A stretch of DNA of 64,000 nucleotides from Candidatus Poribacteria bacterium (GTDB lineage: Bacteria; Poribacteria; WGA-4E; WGA-3G): NCBI GenBank assembly GCA_965215265.1, contig OZ244048.1, positions 3,488,001 through 3,552,000 on the forward strand, written 5' to 3'. A model generated the notes under the pieces. The model was not told the DNA's origin. It did no database searches and was given only the letters and a program-made list of their open reading frames with translations. The translations under genes and the position numbers were made by a program. This document shows positions 29,780 through 39,473 of the stretch, piece by piece (the stretch's first letter is position 1; the number at the start of each line of letters is the position of its first letter).

Positions 29780-30463
29780 ATGAGAACAGATAAGAATTTT
29801 CCGCATGCGGCAAAGGAGCCGCTTGCCAATAAACCCATAGCTGATGAAACACAAAAGTATCAATCCGTTCTGCTGGTAGGTCCCCCTGGTGTCGGCAAAG
29901 GCACACAAGGTGAGCTGCTGTCAAGGATTCCGGGGATTTACCACCTTTCTAGTGGTAATATGTTTCGGCAGCTTGATCCTAATTCCGCCCCAGGGAAACT
30001 CTTTCATAAGTATGCAACACGCGGCGATCTGGTACCGGATGAAATTACGGTGAAAATATGGAAAGACTATATACAAACGCAAGTATTGGAAAAAACGTTC
30101 AATCCAGGTCATGATCTGCTGATTCTTGATGGCATACCGAGGAATATAAAGCAAGCGAGCTTGATCAAGCCTTATGTTAAAGTGCTTAAAATTCTCTATA
30201 TGATTTGCACGAATCCGGAGGTGATGTTCCAGCGCATCCGAGGGCGCGCAGCAAAAGAACATCGCTTGGACGACGCGCAAGAGTCCATAGTCCGGTATCG
30301 ATGGGAAATCTACAAACAGGAAACGGAACCGCTGATTGATTGTTATCCTCAGGAACTCGTCCGAATTGTGGATGCAGAGACGATTCCGGTAGAGGTACTG
30401 CAACAAATTTTAGAGGCAGTGGTCCCTATTCAAAAAAAACATTTTTCACCACCTCTCATGTAG
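29780..30463 (+). CDS. adk: Adenylate kinase (short LID)
   Basis: P-loop GPPGVGKGTQ, 'HLSSGNMFR', 'GDLVPD', 'LDGIPR', 'RLDD'; ORF is open from 29621 but the likely start is later. Confidence 0.88.
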   Translation: MRTDKNFPHAAKEPLANKPIADETQKYQSVLLVGPPGVGKGTQGELLSRIPGIYHLSSGNMFRQLDPNSAPGKLFHKYATRGDLVPDEITVKIWKDYIQTQVLEKTFNPGHDLLILDGIPRNIKQASLIKPYVKVLKILYMICTNPEVMFQRIRGRAAKEHRLDDAQESIVRYRWEIYKQETEPLIDCYPQELVRIVDAETIPVEVLQQILEAVVPIQKKHFSPPLM

Positions 30464-30601
30464 CGTCCTCTCCGTCCGTTCCAAGCGGAAGGCATTCAAA
30501 TTAGATAAGTCCGTTTGACCTATCTGTTTTTTTGTATAGAATTTAGACGAGGCAGGTTCTGCAGACGATGCAGCTCTCTGTCTCGCCTATGGTTTTATGT
30601 T

Positions 30602-32341
30602 TCAATGACGTTGACGATAGAGACGTATCTCAGGATGCACGAGGGCACGCATCGGAAACGGTGCACCGGTATCGGATATGTGGATGCCTAAAAATTGCGG
30701 GGTTCGACGAAAAACGCGACGCAATTCGTATTTATTTTGTGACTTCCCGGGTTTCTCCAGTAACGAAAGATCTTTGCCTAAAATTGGCGCGTAAAACGCT
30801 AAATTGTGCTCCAACTCAATTCCTTCCAAAGGATACCAATCAGGGTTTTCTAGCCTCTGCCCGGAGTGTGAGCCCTGTTGCCCTGGCACGTATTTTTGAA
30901 AAACTTCAACGTTAGGTATCAGAATCAGAATCCAGTCTGCATCAGTATGTATCAGTTCCCGATCTAATTCAGGGAGGAGCCAGTCGAACAAGATTTCCGG
31001 TGCACATGAAATAGACTCCTCTTGCGGTATATTGGCAGTTATCCACTCAGATGCCTCAACCCGAGTCGGTGATGATAGTAAAACAGAAGCAAAAGCGGCT
31101 GTGTAAATCACTGAGTAAATTGCTACTGCACCTCCGAAGAGCAACCCAAACAAAGATATGGCTCGGATGGATGTGTTTTGTAATTGTGCAAGCATCGCCC
31201 CAGTAAGCACAGCGAGTACAGGATAGAGTATAAGTAGGTGTCGCGTAAATTTGACTTTGTAGGCACCAATGAATAGCAGATACGGGATAATGAAAACGAG
31301 CAACGCCCTTGTTGAACGTTTGTGTTTTTCATATTTTTCTCGGTTAAATTGATTAATATGAGATTTCCATGGGCTTGCAATGACAAGCGCATATAAGATA
31401 CTAACGCTGACAAGAAACGCAAGTGGCCAGCCCATACCCCATTTGAGAAGTGTCCACAAATAGGTAAATCGCTGTAGTCCGTTAGTTTCGGTTGTAGTAA
31501 ATAATCCGAAATGTCCACGTTGATAGTGCGTGGTTTCATACCAAAAATCCTCAAAGAAGAGGTTCCACACCGGCGACAACAAATCAATGAGCCAATACGG
31601 ACAGCTCAGCGTAAAGGTAATAATAGCTGCACTAATCAGTGTGGTGATTGATTTCTTTATTTTTTTTTTCAACATGGGTTGTGTTGAGGTGAGTGTCTGC
31701 CTATTCGAATCGCTACGTAGGTGGGTGTGGGAGAGAAAAAATAGGGCAGATAAAACCGCAAAGGCAGTTGTAAATTTAACAGCGAAACCGATGCCAGAGA
31801 CAACACCGAGGGACACGAGCGTTTTACGTTGTAACTGTGCCCCGTCGCGTATCAAAAGCCAGAGAAATAACGTCACACAAAAGGTAGCAGGAATGTCAAC
31901 AAGTGCGAAACGGGATTCGTTTGTCGCGTGTAGCATCGTGACAGCGAGAAGTCCAGCCGCAATTTGTCCGGTCCGTTTATTGTAACAGGAGGCACCAAGA
32001 CGATAGGTGAACCAAAGCGTGGCTGTTGATAAAAGTGTATTTACGAAACGCGCCAGCAAAATGACACGAGATTCTGTGAGATGAAAGCCTACAATTGAGA
32101 GTAGTTTCCCTATCAGCGCGATAAGATAGAACCAGGCTGTTCCGGGCCAGTTATAGATTTCGGGGGGTGCGGTAAAGTTGATCAAATTCAGAACTTCGTG
32201 CGAGATTAGCACTTCGCGCGGGTCCGGTGAGTCAGGGAGCCCGACACCTAAGCCGAGGATGCGAATCCCGAAGCCGAAGGTGAGAATGCAGGCTATCACA
32301 AAGGTCTGTTTCAACTTTAGACATTTTCTTAGACTTTGCAA
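30602..32341 (-). CDS. GT-C fold glycosyltransferase (ArnT/PMT, family 39-like)
   Basis: Multi-TM; 'PDPRE', 'SRFALVD', 'AVKF', 'RHLLILYP'. Confidence 0.8.
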   Translation of the reverse strand: MQSLRKCLKLKQTFVIACILTFGFGIRILGLGVGLPDSPDPREVLISHEVLNLINFTAPPEIYNWPGTAWFYLIALIGKLLSIVGFHLTESRVILLARFVNTLLSTATLWFTYRLGASCYNKRTGQIAAGLLAVTMLHATNESRFALVDIPATFCVTLFLWLLIRDGAQLQRKTLVSLGVVSGIGFAVKFTTAFAVLSALFFLSHTHLRSDSNRQTLTSTQPMLKKKIKKSITTLISAAIITFTLSCPYWLIDLLSPVWNLFFEDFWYETTHYQRGHFGLFTTTETNGLQRFTYLWTLLKWGMGWPLAFLVSVSILYALVIASPWKSHINQFNREKYEKHKRSTRALLVFIIPYLLFIGAYKVKFTRHLLILYPVLAVLTGAMLAQLQNTSIRAISLFGLLFGGAVAIYSVIYTAAFASVLLSSPTRVEASEWITANIPQEESISCAPEILFDWLLPELDRELIHTDADWILILIPNVEVFQKYVPGQQGSHSGQRLENPDWYPLEGIELEHNLAFYAPILGKDLSLLEKPGKSQNKYELRRVFRRTPQFLGIHISDTGAPFPMRALVHPEIRLYRQRH

Positions 32342-32352
32342 CTTTGTTTCCG

Positions 32353-32949
32353 TTAGCGCGAGACTTTAGTCCACAGTGCTTCAGGGAGGGTTTCTTGGAC
32401 GTTCGCGATTTGCTCTATTGTCACTGGAAGGTTGAGTTTATTAAAAATGGCTTGCCACCGTTCGGGCTGTGTATATTCAACGTATACAGGCACGAATCCT
32501 AAATTCAGATAAGTTTTAATTGCCGGAATGCGAAAATCGTCTGTGTCAAGCATGGCGCATTTGAATCCGTGTTTCGAGAAATAGTAGAGAACAGCCAAGG
32601 ATACCCATTTTCCCAGTTTTAGACCCGTGTGTTCAGATACGACACCTACCATATGGACGTATCCGACATCCGTTTCGTCAACAGATTGCCGCCAAGCACA
32701 AGCGGTGCCGACGGGTATGCTGCGATATGTTGCGAAATAGAGTCCATCACGTACAAAAACAGCTTGCCCTGTGATCTCATTGCATGCATCTTGGGCAGTG
32801 CGTTGCTTCCCGCCAAAAGAGTCACTGATGATATTCGCCCAATGCTTCTCATCGCCATCTTGGTAGGTTCGCATCTCATAGTCGGTGGGAAGTTGAATTT
32901 CCGGAAGTCTTTCTAAATTAGGACGTACCATTCTGAGTTGTCGTGCCAT
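32353..32949 (-). CDS. GNAT family N-acetyltransferase
   Basis: 'GYVHMVGVVSEHTGLKLG', 'TDDFRIPAIKTYLNLGF'; AGGA RBS before ATG 32949. Confidence 0.85.
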   Translation of the reverse strand: MARQLRMVRPNLERLPEIQLPTDYEMRTYQDGDEKHWANIISDSFGGKQRTAQDACNEITGQAVFVRDGLYFATYRSIPVGTACAWRQSVDETDVGYVHMVGVVSEHTGLKLGKWVSLAVLYYFSKHGFKCAMLDTDDFRIPAIKTYLNLGFVPVYVEYTQPERWQAIFNKLNLPVTIEQIANVQETLPEALWTKVSR

Positions 32950-33131
32950 TTTCCTATCCTTTTTTTCGTAGGAAGCAATAAAGTAGACAAAGCATGAAGG
33001 TTCTGATGCTCGTCTCGTCAGTGAAGTCTGGTAATTTCCTTTCCGGTCCCGCCTTCCAGCGTGCAATTCAATTTGTGGACTTAACTGTCAGCATCATGAT
33101 ACCATATTCCGAAATTTCTCGCAAAAAAGAC

Positions 33132-33161
33132 TTTACAATTATTGGGGCAATTTGGTATAAT
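33132..33161 (+). promoter_or_regulatory. sigma70 promoter of aroKB
   Basis: TTTACA-18-TATAAT with extended -10 TG. Confidence 0.6.
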
Positions 33162-33206
33162 AAATACACTTAAAAGCGGAAGCACATCGTGTAAGGTAGA
33201 ACACGC

Positions 33207-33749
33207 GTGAATAGAACGCTAGGCAAAAAGCCAAATATTATCCTTGTAGGGTTCATGGGAACCGGTAAAACGTCAGTTGGTAGAAGGCTTTCTACGCACC
33301 TACGGATGCGTTACGTTGATACAGATACTTTGATTGAACAAGAAAGCAGGCGAAGTATCAGCGACATTTTCGCGCAAAACGGTGAGGCTACATTTCGACA
33401 GTTAGAGAATGAAGTTGTTCGCAAAGTATCGCGGTTGCACAACCATGTTATTTCCAGCGGTGGCGGTGTTGTTTTGAAAGAAGAAAACATGGCAAATCTC
33501 AAGCGGAACGGTATCATCTTCTGCTTGACAGCCACGGCAGAAGAAATTTATCGACGCGTTGGCAGCCAAACGTTCCGACCGTTGCTTCAAACGCCTGAGC
33601 CATTGGATAAAATACGGGCGATGTTGGCAGAACGTCAGCCGTATTATGCTCAAGCGGATTATATGGTAAAAACGACGGGGTGCCCCTTTAACGAGATTGT
33701 CGCACACATCAAATCTATTTTTTACGGTGTTGTTAAGCGAAAACCGTAA
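33207..33749 (+). CDS. aroK: Shikimate kinase
   Basis: GFMGTGKT, 'DTD', 'GEATFR..E', 'SGGG', 'RPLL'. Confidence 0.95.
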   Translation: MNRTLGKKPNIILVGFMGTGKTSVGRRLSTHLRMRYVDTDTLIEQESRRSISDIFAQNGEATFRQLENEVVRKVSRLHNHVISSGGGVVLKEENMANLKRNGIIFCLTATAEEIYRRVGSQTFRPLLQTPEPLDKIRAMLAERQPYYAQADYMVKTTGCPFNEIVAHIKSIFYGVVKRKP

Positions 33750-34957
33750 TGCTTATTTTATCTCAGGATTGGGTCGCCAGAATCGTTGCAGGATGGTTGG
33801 CTAACTATTTTTTAATTCCCCACGAGGTCAAAGAAGCGATATTGCTATGGTTGGCTAATTATGCTATGAAAACAAAAACGCTAAATGTTGCGCTGGGCAC
33901 AAACAGTTATTCCATCATCGTAGGTCAGGGAATTCTCGACAGAGTTGGAGAATATCTTACTGCTCATGTCAAATCAGACAAGGTCCTTATTGTTTCTGAT
34001 GCTTATGTTAACCAATGCTATTCTCCTATTGTCGAGGCAAGTTTAACGGATGCTGGATTTGCCGTAAACAGTGTTGAGGTTCCTGCTGGTGAAAGGAGCA
34101 AATCGTTGGCCCAGTTTGCTCGGATACAAGATAGCCTTGTGGAGCATCGGCTTGATCGGGGTTCCGTGCTCGTAGCATTGGGTGGAGGAGTAGTTGGCGA
34201 TTTAGGCGGCTTCGCTGCGTCGACTTACATGCGGGGGATTGGTTATGTACAAATTCCAACAACGCTACAAGCCCAAGTCGATGCCAGCGTAGGTGGAAAA
34301 ACGGCGATTAACCATCCGAAAGGTAAAAACCTGATTGGCGCGTTCCATCAGCCGAAATTAGTTTTAATCGATGTAGATACGTTGAAAACCTTGCCGCAAC
34401 GAGACATACGCGCAGGGCTAATTGAAGTGATTAAAATGGGAGTTATCCGAGACGAACTGCTCTTCAAAATGGTAGAGGATAACCTCAATGCGATTTTCGA
34501 CTTAGATGCGGCAACGTTGATGGCAATAATTGCACGCGCGTGTGCCAATAAAGCGGATGTAGTGACGAAAGATGAAAAGGAGAGCCGGTTGCGAATGGTG
34601 CTTAACTATGGGCATACATTTGGACATGCCCTGGAAGCACTGACAGATTACAGCACCTATCGGCATGGTGAGGCGGTTTCAATTGGAATGAATTGCGCAG
34701 CACAATTAGCAGTCAATTTGTCTCTGTTTTCCGAAACGGATTTCCAACGTCAACGCCAATTATTAAAGCGTGCAAAACTACCAATTAATTTCCCATCGGA
34801 GGTTTCACCGAAACGGTTATGTGATGCAATCTATTTAGACAAAAAAAATGTGGGAGGCATGCTTTGTCTAATTTTACCGACGCGCATTGGCGAAGTGGTT
34901 ATAGAAGATAACGTGGATATAAAAAAGGTTTTGAATGCCATTTCACAATGCTTTTAA
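33749..34957 (+). CDS. aroB: 3-dehydroquinate synthase
   Basis: 'GGGVVGDLGGF', 'PTTL.AQVDASVGGKT', 'KNLIGAFHQP', 'LNYGHTFGHALE', 'HGEAV'; alternative start at 33866. Confidence 0.95.
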   Translation: MLILSQDWVARIVAGWLANYFLIPHEVKEAILLWLANYAMKTKTLNVALGTNSYSIIVGQGILDRVGEYLTAHVKSDKVLIVSDAYVNQCYSPIVEASLTDAGFAVNSVEVPAGERSKSLAQFARIQDSLVEHRLDRGSVLVALGGGVVGDLGGFAASTYMRGIGYVQIPTTLQAQVDASVGGKTAINHPKGKNLIGAFHQPKLVLIDVDTLKTLPQRDIRAGLIEVIKMGVIRDELLFKMVEDNLNAIFDLDAATLMAIIARACANKADVVTKDEKESRLRMVLNYGHTFGHALEALTDYSTYRHGEAVSIGMNCAAQLAVNLSLFSETDFQRQRQLLKRAKLPINFPSEVSPKRLCDAIYLDKKNVGGMLCLILPTRIGEVVIEDNVDIKKVLNAISQCF

Positions 34958-35104
34958 GCCATACAACGCGAAAGACAGTAGGGACTCCGTCCTTTTTAAG
35001 GATCAGAAAACTCCCTTACAAAAATTGTAGGAGAAAGTGCTGCTTCTTATCCCAGCTGTTGTTAGTCCGTGATGCAATCAGGTGCGGACTTTGAAGGAAA
35101 ATAT

Positions 35105-36256
35105 ATGAGATTTAACAAAACTATTCTATCAATAATAAGCTGCGTGCTTTTATGCTTATTTGCTGCTACGGTGTTAGCTCAGGGGCTCGCTCCACCTACA
35201 AATGTTAAGGCAGTAGATACACCAAATGACGATGGCAAAAGCATTACCATCACGTGGGATGTGGCTGACGAAGCAAGCAGCATCAGAGGTTACCAAATTC
35301 TACGGAGTTTAGTGATAGACGAATTTGAGGAAATCGGGGGCCTGCTCCCTGCTGATACAACAGTATACACAGATTCATCCGTTGAAGAGGGAACCGCTTA
35401 TACCTATATTGTCCGCGCGGTTAGTGAAACAGAGGCAACAGTAGATTCTGAACAAACCGTGCCAGTTAAAGGGACCGGCGAATGGTTTCATACCGGCAAG
35501 TTGCCGCTGTTTATCGCCATGCTGCTTTTTTCTGCAGCGATTGTTTGGAATACCTACCATGCACGAAGTGGAAAAGAAATATTTGTTCGCCGCATTCCTG
35601 GCTTAGAAGCGGTGGATGAAGCTATCGGCAGGGCCACAGAGATGGGACGCTCGATTCTATACGTATTAGGGTTAGGGGGTGTTAGTGGAGTCGCGACAGT
35701 TGCCAGTATGACAATTCTGGCGCAAGTAGCACGGCGGACTGCCGATTATGAAACGCCCTTACGTGTGCCGTGCAATGATCCTATCGTGATGAACGTGGTA
35801 CGAGAGATGGTGAAAACCGCGTATCTTGAAGAGGGGCACCCGGATGCCTACAATGAAGATAATATCTTTTTTCTGACAGAGGACCAGTTCGCCTACGCAG
35901 CAGGCGTTGACGGTATCATGGTGCGTGAGAAACCGGCTACAGTATTTCTGCAGGGGGCTTTTGCTGCAGAATCCCTCATCCTTGCTGAAACCGGGAATTC
36001 TATCGGTGCTATTCAGATTGCGGGGACAGACTCTGAGCACCAGCTTCCATTTTTTATCGCCGCTTGTGATTACACTCTAATTGGCGAAGAGCTCTACGCC
36101 GCGAGTGCTTACCTTTCTAAAGAGCCAATGCTCCTCGGAAGTCTTAGAGGGCAAGACTGGGGGAAAGTCCTTATTTTCGCCGCTATCGCCCTCGGTGTCA
36201 TTCTTGAACTATCCGGTATTACTTGGATAACAACACTTTTACAACGGGTTAATTAG
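35105..36256 (+). CDS. FN3 domain + DUF6754-like membrane protein (four-gene cluster, gene A)
   Basis: Signal peptide, FN3-like 'PTNVKA.D.PND.G..ITITW...YTD...YTYIVRAV', TM, 'RRIPGLEAVDEAIGRATEMGR', 'QLPFFIAACDYTLIGEELYAASAYL'. Confidence 0.8.
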   Translation: MRFNKTILSIISCVLLCLFAATVLAQGLAPPTNVKAVDTPNDDGKSITITWDVADEASSIRGYQILRSLVIDEFEEIGGLLPADTTVYTDSSVEEGTAYTYIVRAVSETEATVDSEQTVPVKGTGEWFHTGKLPLFIAMLLFSAAIVWNTYHARSGKEIFVRRIPGLEAVDEAIGRATEMGRSILYVLGLGGVSGVATVASMTILAQVARRTADYETPLRVPCNDPIVMNVVREMVKTAYLEEGHPDAYNEDNIFFLTEDQFAYAAGVDGIMVREKPATVFLQGAFAAESLILAETGNSIGAIQIAGTDSEHQLPFFIAACDYTLIGEELYAASAYLSKEPMLLGSLRGQDWGKVLIFAAIALGVILELSGITWITTLLQRVN

Positions 36257-36323
36257 GGAGTCTTATGAAGAATCAATTACAAGTGTGTCGGATTTTTAAT
36301 TGGGCAACACTGAGGAGATGTAT

Positions 36324-36974
36324 ATGAAACGACAAGTACCTTTAGTGCTCTGCTTTCTTTTCGGCGTTGTGATGTGCTTCACCCAGTTTAGTCCGCATTC
36401 ATATTCGCAAGCAATTTACAACGAGGTAGTTTATTGGGCATTGATTATGTCGCCCTTTGCTCTTGCAGTAGGAACGATAACGCTTATTCAAACCCATGTG
36501 ACACGCATTCGCCGCCGCACAGAGCATTGGCAATACAGTTTTGTTGTCTTTGCTGGACTTCTCGCAATGGTAGCTATAGGACTTCCCTTTGGACCGCAAT
36601 ATCCTATGTTTGAATGGTTATTTAACAACATCCAAGTACCGCTGGATGCTACAATGTTCTCACTTCTTGCTTTTTTAATTGCATCTGCGGCATTTCGCGC
36701 GTTCCGTGCTCGGACGTTTGAGGCATCTCTTCTCTTGATTACTGCTATGATTGTAGTAATCGGAAATGTTCCTGTTGGGGATCTGATCTGGAATACGGTC
36801 TTATCCTGGTTACCTTGGGACGACGGGGCCTCAGGGACAAGGCAATGGATTTTGGAAAATCCCAATCTCTCAGCACGGCGTGGAATCATCCTCGGTGTCA
36901 GTTTGGGCGTGATTTCACAAGCCATACGCCTCATCCTCGGGATTGAGCGCTCTTACATAGGTGGAGGAGATTAA
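36324..36974 (+). CDS. Uncharacterised ~6-TM membrane protein (gene B)
   Basis: GAGGAG RBS; 'ATMFSLLAFLIASAAFRAFRART', 'RLILGIERSY'. Confidence 0.8.
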   Translation: MKRQVPLVLCFLFGVVMCFTQFSPHSYSQAIYNEVVYWALIMSPFALAVGTITLIQTHVTRIRRRTEHWQYSFVVFAGLLAMVAIGLPFGPQYPMFEWLFNNIQVPLDATMFSLLAFLIASAAFRAFRARTFEASLLLITAMIVVIGNVPVGDLIWNTVLSWLPWDDGASGTRQWILENPNLSARRGIILGVSLGVISQAIRLILGIERSYIGGGD

Positions 36975-36978
36975 CAAA

Positions 36979-37794
36979 ATGCTTAGTAAACTGATGAATC
37001 TCGACCGGCGCATTGTTTTTATTCTCGTCGCGTTAGCAGTCATCATTCCAACACTCTTGCCACTCAATTTGCCAATCACAGTCTCTGGACCGACAGAGAG
37101 AATCTACGATTACATTGATGCTCTTCCAGCTGGGGCAACTATCATGATCTCTTTCGATTATGGACCCTCTTCCTTACCTGAGCTCAACCCCATGGCAAAA
37201 GCTGTTTTAAGACATTGCTTCGATAAAGATGTCCGCGTTATTGGAATGACACTTTACCCCTTTGCTCCAACTCTCGCCGATACTTTGATGAAAGAGGTTG
37301 CCGATGAGGCTGGTGCGGTACGTGGTGAAGATTATGTTTTTCTTGGATTCCGACCTGGATATGAACAAGTTATGCTTCGTATGGGAACGAGTATCGCAAG
37401 CACCTTTGAGAAGGATTACACAAACACTCCACTCACAGAGATTCCGATGATGAAGAATATCACCAATTACGACCAAATTGACCTTATCTTAGACCTCGCG
37501 TCCGGAAGTACTGTTGAACTTTGGATCACCTATGTCAACGTGAAATATAGCCAAGAGGTTGCCGCTGGAGTTACTGGTGTGATTGTTTCCCAAATGTATC
37601 CTTATTTACAAACCAAGCAGTTAGTCGGATTAATGCCCGGATTTCTAGGAGCCGCCGAGTATGAGAAACTCGTCGGTGTAACTGAAAAGGGAACAGAAGG
37701 CATAAACAGTGCCTCTCTAGTACATATGTTAATTCTGGGATTAGTCGTTATGGGCAACGTCATATTCTTTATTCAGCGTAGACAGAAGGAGTAA
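36979..37794 (+). CDS. Uncharacterised membrane-anchored protein (gene A')
   Basis: GGAGGA RBS; TM-soluble domain-TM topology; 'SFDYGP', 'GEDYVFLGF', 'YPYL...QLVGL..G..GAAEYE'. Confidence 0.8.
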   Translation: MLSKLMNLDRRIVFILVALAVIIPTLLPLNLPITVSGPTERIYDYIDALPAGATIMISFDYGPSSLPELNPMAKAVLRHCFDKDVRVIGMTLYPFAPTLADTLMKEVADEAGAVRGEDYVFLGFRPGYEQVMLRMGTSIASTFEKDYTNTPLTEIPMMKNITNYDQIDLILDLASGSTVELWITYVNVKYSQEVAAGVTGVIVSQMYPYLQTKQLVGLMPGFLGAAEYEKLVGVTEKGTEGINSASLVHMLILGLVVMGNVIFFIQRRQKE

Positions 37795-37798
37795 ATTT

Positions 37799-38482
37799 AT
37801 GGAAATTATAGATATTGTAGGGATCTGGATTGCAGCAGCTTTGACACTCTGTATTTATAGTTTTCTTTATCGAGATAATCCATTTTATCGATTCGCAGAG
37901 CACCTCTTTGTAGGCATGTCTGTTGGCTATAGCATTGTTATCTCTGTTCACCAAGGATTCATACCGTTCGCGTGGGAACCGTTCTGGGCAGCTGTGAAAC
38001 CGTTTTGGCCAGGGGTGCCCCGAGAAGCAGGCTGGAGCGGGTTGTGGAAACTGATCCCAATCGGAATTGGCTTACTATTTTTGGGTGGAGTGTCGCCCCG
38101 TAACACATGGTTGATTCGCTACCCTAGCTCTATCTTAATTGGGTTTGGGGCAGGTCTTTCAATCCCGAATGTATTAAGAGCAAATATTTTTGAGCAGACG
38201 CGGGGAACAGTTGAACCGTTTGCAGCTGCACATGCAGGAACTCTTTCTGGATGGGGTATTTTCGAAGCAGTCCTTATGGTTGTTGGAGTCGTTTGCACAC
38301 TTACCTATTTCTTCTTTTCTGTTGAACACCGAGGTCCCATCAAGTGGCTGTCAAAGGTCGGAATCGCTTTTTTGATGATTGGATTCGGTTCTGCATTCGG
38401 CAACACGGTGATGGGACGTGTTGCTCTCTTAATCCAACGCGTTGATTTTCTCTTAAACGATTGGCTCGGAATGCTTTTTTGA
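37799..38482 (+). CDS. Uncharacterised ~6-TM membrane protein (gene B')
   Basis: AAGGAG RBS; 'YSFLYRDNPFYRFAEHLFVG', 'TYFFFS', 'FLMIGFG..FGNTVMGR'. Confidence 0.8.
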   Translation: MEIIDIVGIWIAAALTLCIYSFLYRDNPFYRFAEHLFVGMSVGYSIVISVHQGFIPFAWEPFWAAVKPFWPGVPREAGWSGLWKLIPIGIGLLFLGGVSPRNTWLIRYPSSILIGFGAGLSIPNVLRANIFEQTRGTVEPFAAAHAGTLSGWGIFEAVLMVVGVVCTLTYFFFSVEHRGPIKWLSKVGIAFLMIGFGSAFGNTVMGRVALLIQRVDFLLNDWLGMLF

Positions 38483-38628
38483 ACGCCGCATGTGCAACTG
38501 GACAATATATCACAAGGCCGCAAATCGTGTGAGATTCATTATTATATTCAGAGATGTCCGTTGCCGAGGCCTAGACCGCTACAAAAAATCAGGTTTATTT
38601 TTTTAGATAAGAAGGAGCGGAAAATCTC

Positions 38629-39471
38629 ATGAAACTCGGATATAGTACCTGGGGGATGCCCACAGTGCCGGTAGATGTTGCTATTCAACATCTTGCCTTC
38701 CTCGGCTTCGATGGTATAGAACTAACCATCATACCACGTTTCACAACGGAGCTTAGCACCCTTGATACCACAGAACGGAAACGAATTGCAGGTCTGCTGA
38801 AACAGCATAACTTAGCCTTACCGGCAATTGCGGCGCATTCCAGTTTGATGGAAACTGATGTTGAGATACACGAACGGAATATGTGGCGGTTAAAAGGTGG
38901 CGTAGATTTGGCGGTGGAACTCGCACAAGGTGGTGAATTGCCTGCAGTCAATACCACCCCCGGTGGAAAACCGGAACAGTGGGAATCAAAGAAACATTTC
39001 CTTGCTGACCGGGTGGGTGAATTAGTCGATTATGCTGCGACATCCGGTGTAACTATCGCTATGGAGCCGCACATTGGCGCGATTATTGATACACCGGATA
39101 AGGTACTTGAACTGCTGAACATTGTCGATTCTCCATATCTCAAAGTGAATTTTGACATCAGCCACTTTGATATAGTGGGGCTGACAATTGAGGAGACGGT
39201 CTCTGCGTTAGCGTCTGTTTCAGCACACACGCACGTCAAAGATCAGCGCGGGCTTGCCCCGGATTTTGAGTTTCTCATCCCAGGTGAAGGGCCTTTTGAT
39301 TACGTTGCCTATCTGAAGTCGATGGAGACACACGGTTATGATGGCTTCATAACGGCAGAGGTCAGTTTCATGGTGCAGGCGCGTGAAGATTACGATGCGC
39401 TTGCCGCCGCAACTTTGTCTTATGAAACATTATCGCAGGCGTTTATTGATGCCGGCATTGAAAGGGTGTAA
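38629..39471 (+). CDS. Sugar phosphate isomerase/epimerase (IolE/AP endonuclease 2 TIM barrel)
   Basis: 'GFDGIEL', 'MEPH', 'NFDISH', 'HTHVKD', 'PGEG', 'GYDG...E'. Confidence 0.88.
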   Translation: MKLGYSTWGMPTVPVDVAIQHLAFLGFDGIELTIIPRFTTELSTLDTTERKRIAGLLKQHNLALPAIAAHSSLMETDVEIHERNMWRLKGGVDLAVELAQGGELPAVNTTPGGKPEQWESKKHFLADRVGELVDYAATSGVTIAMEPHIGAIIDTPDKVLELLNIVDSPYLKVNFDISHFDIVGLTIEETVSALASVSAHTHVKDQRGLAPDFEFLIPGEGPFDYVAYLKSMETHGYDGFITAEVSFMVQAREDYDALAAATLSYETLSQAFIDAGIERV

Positions 39472-39473
39472 CG

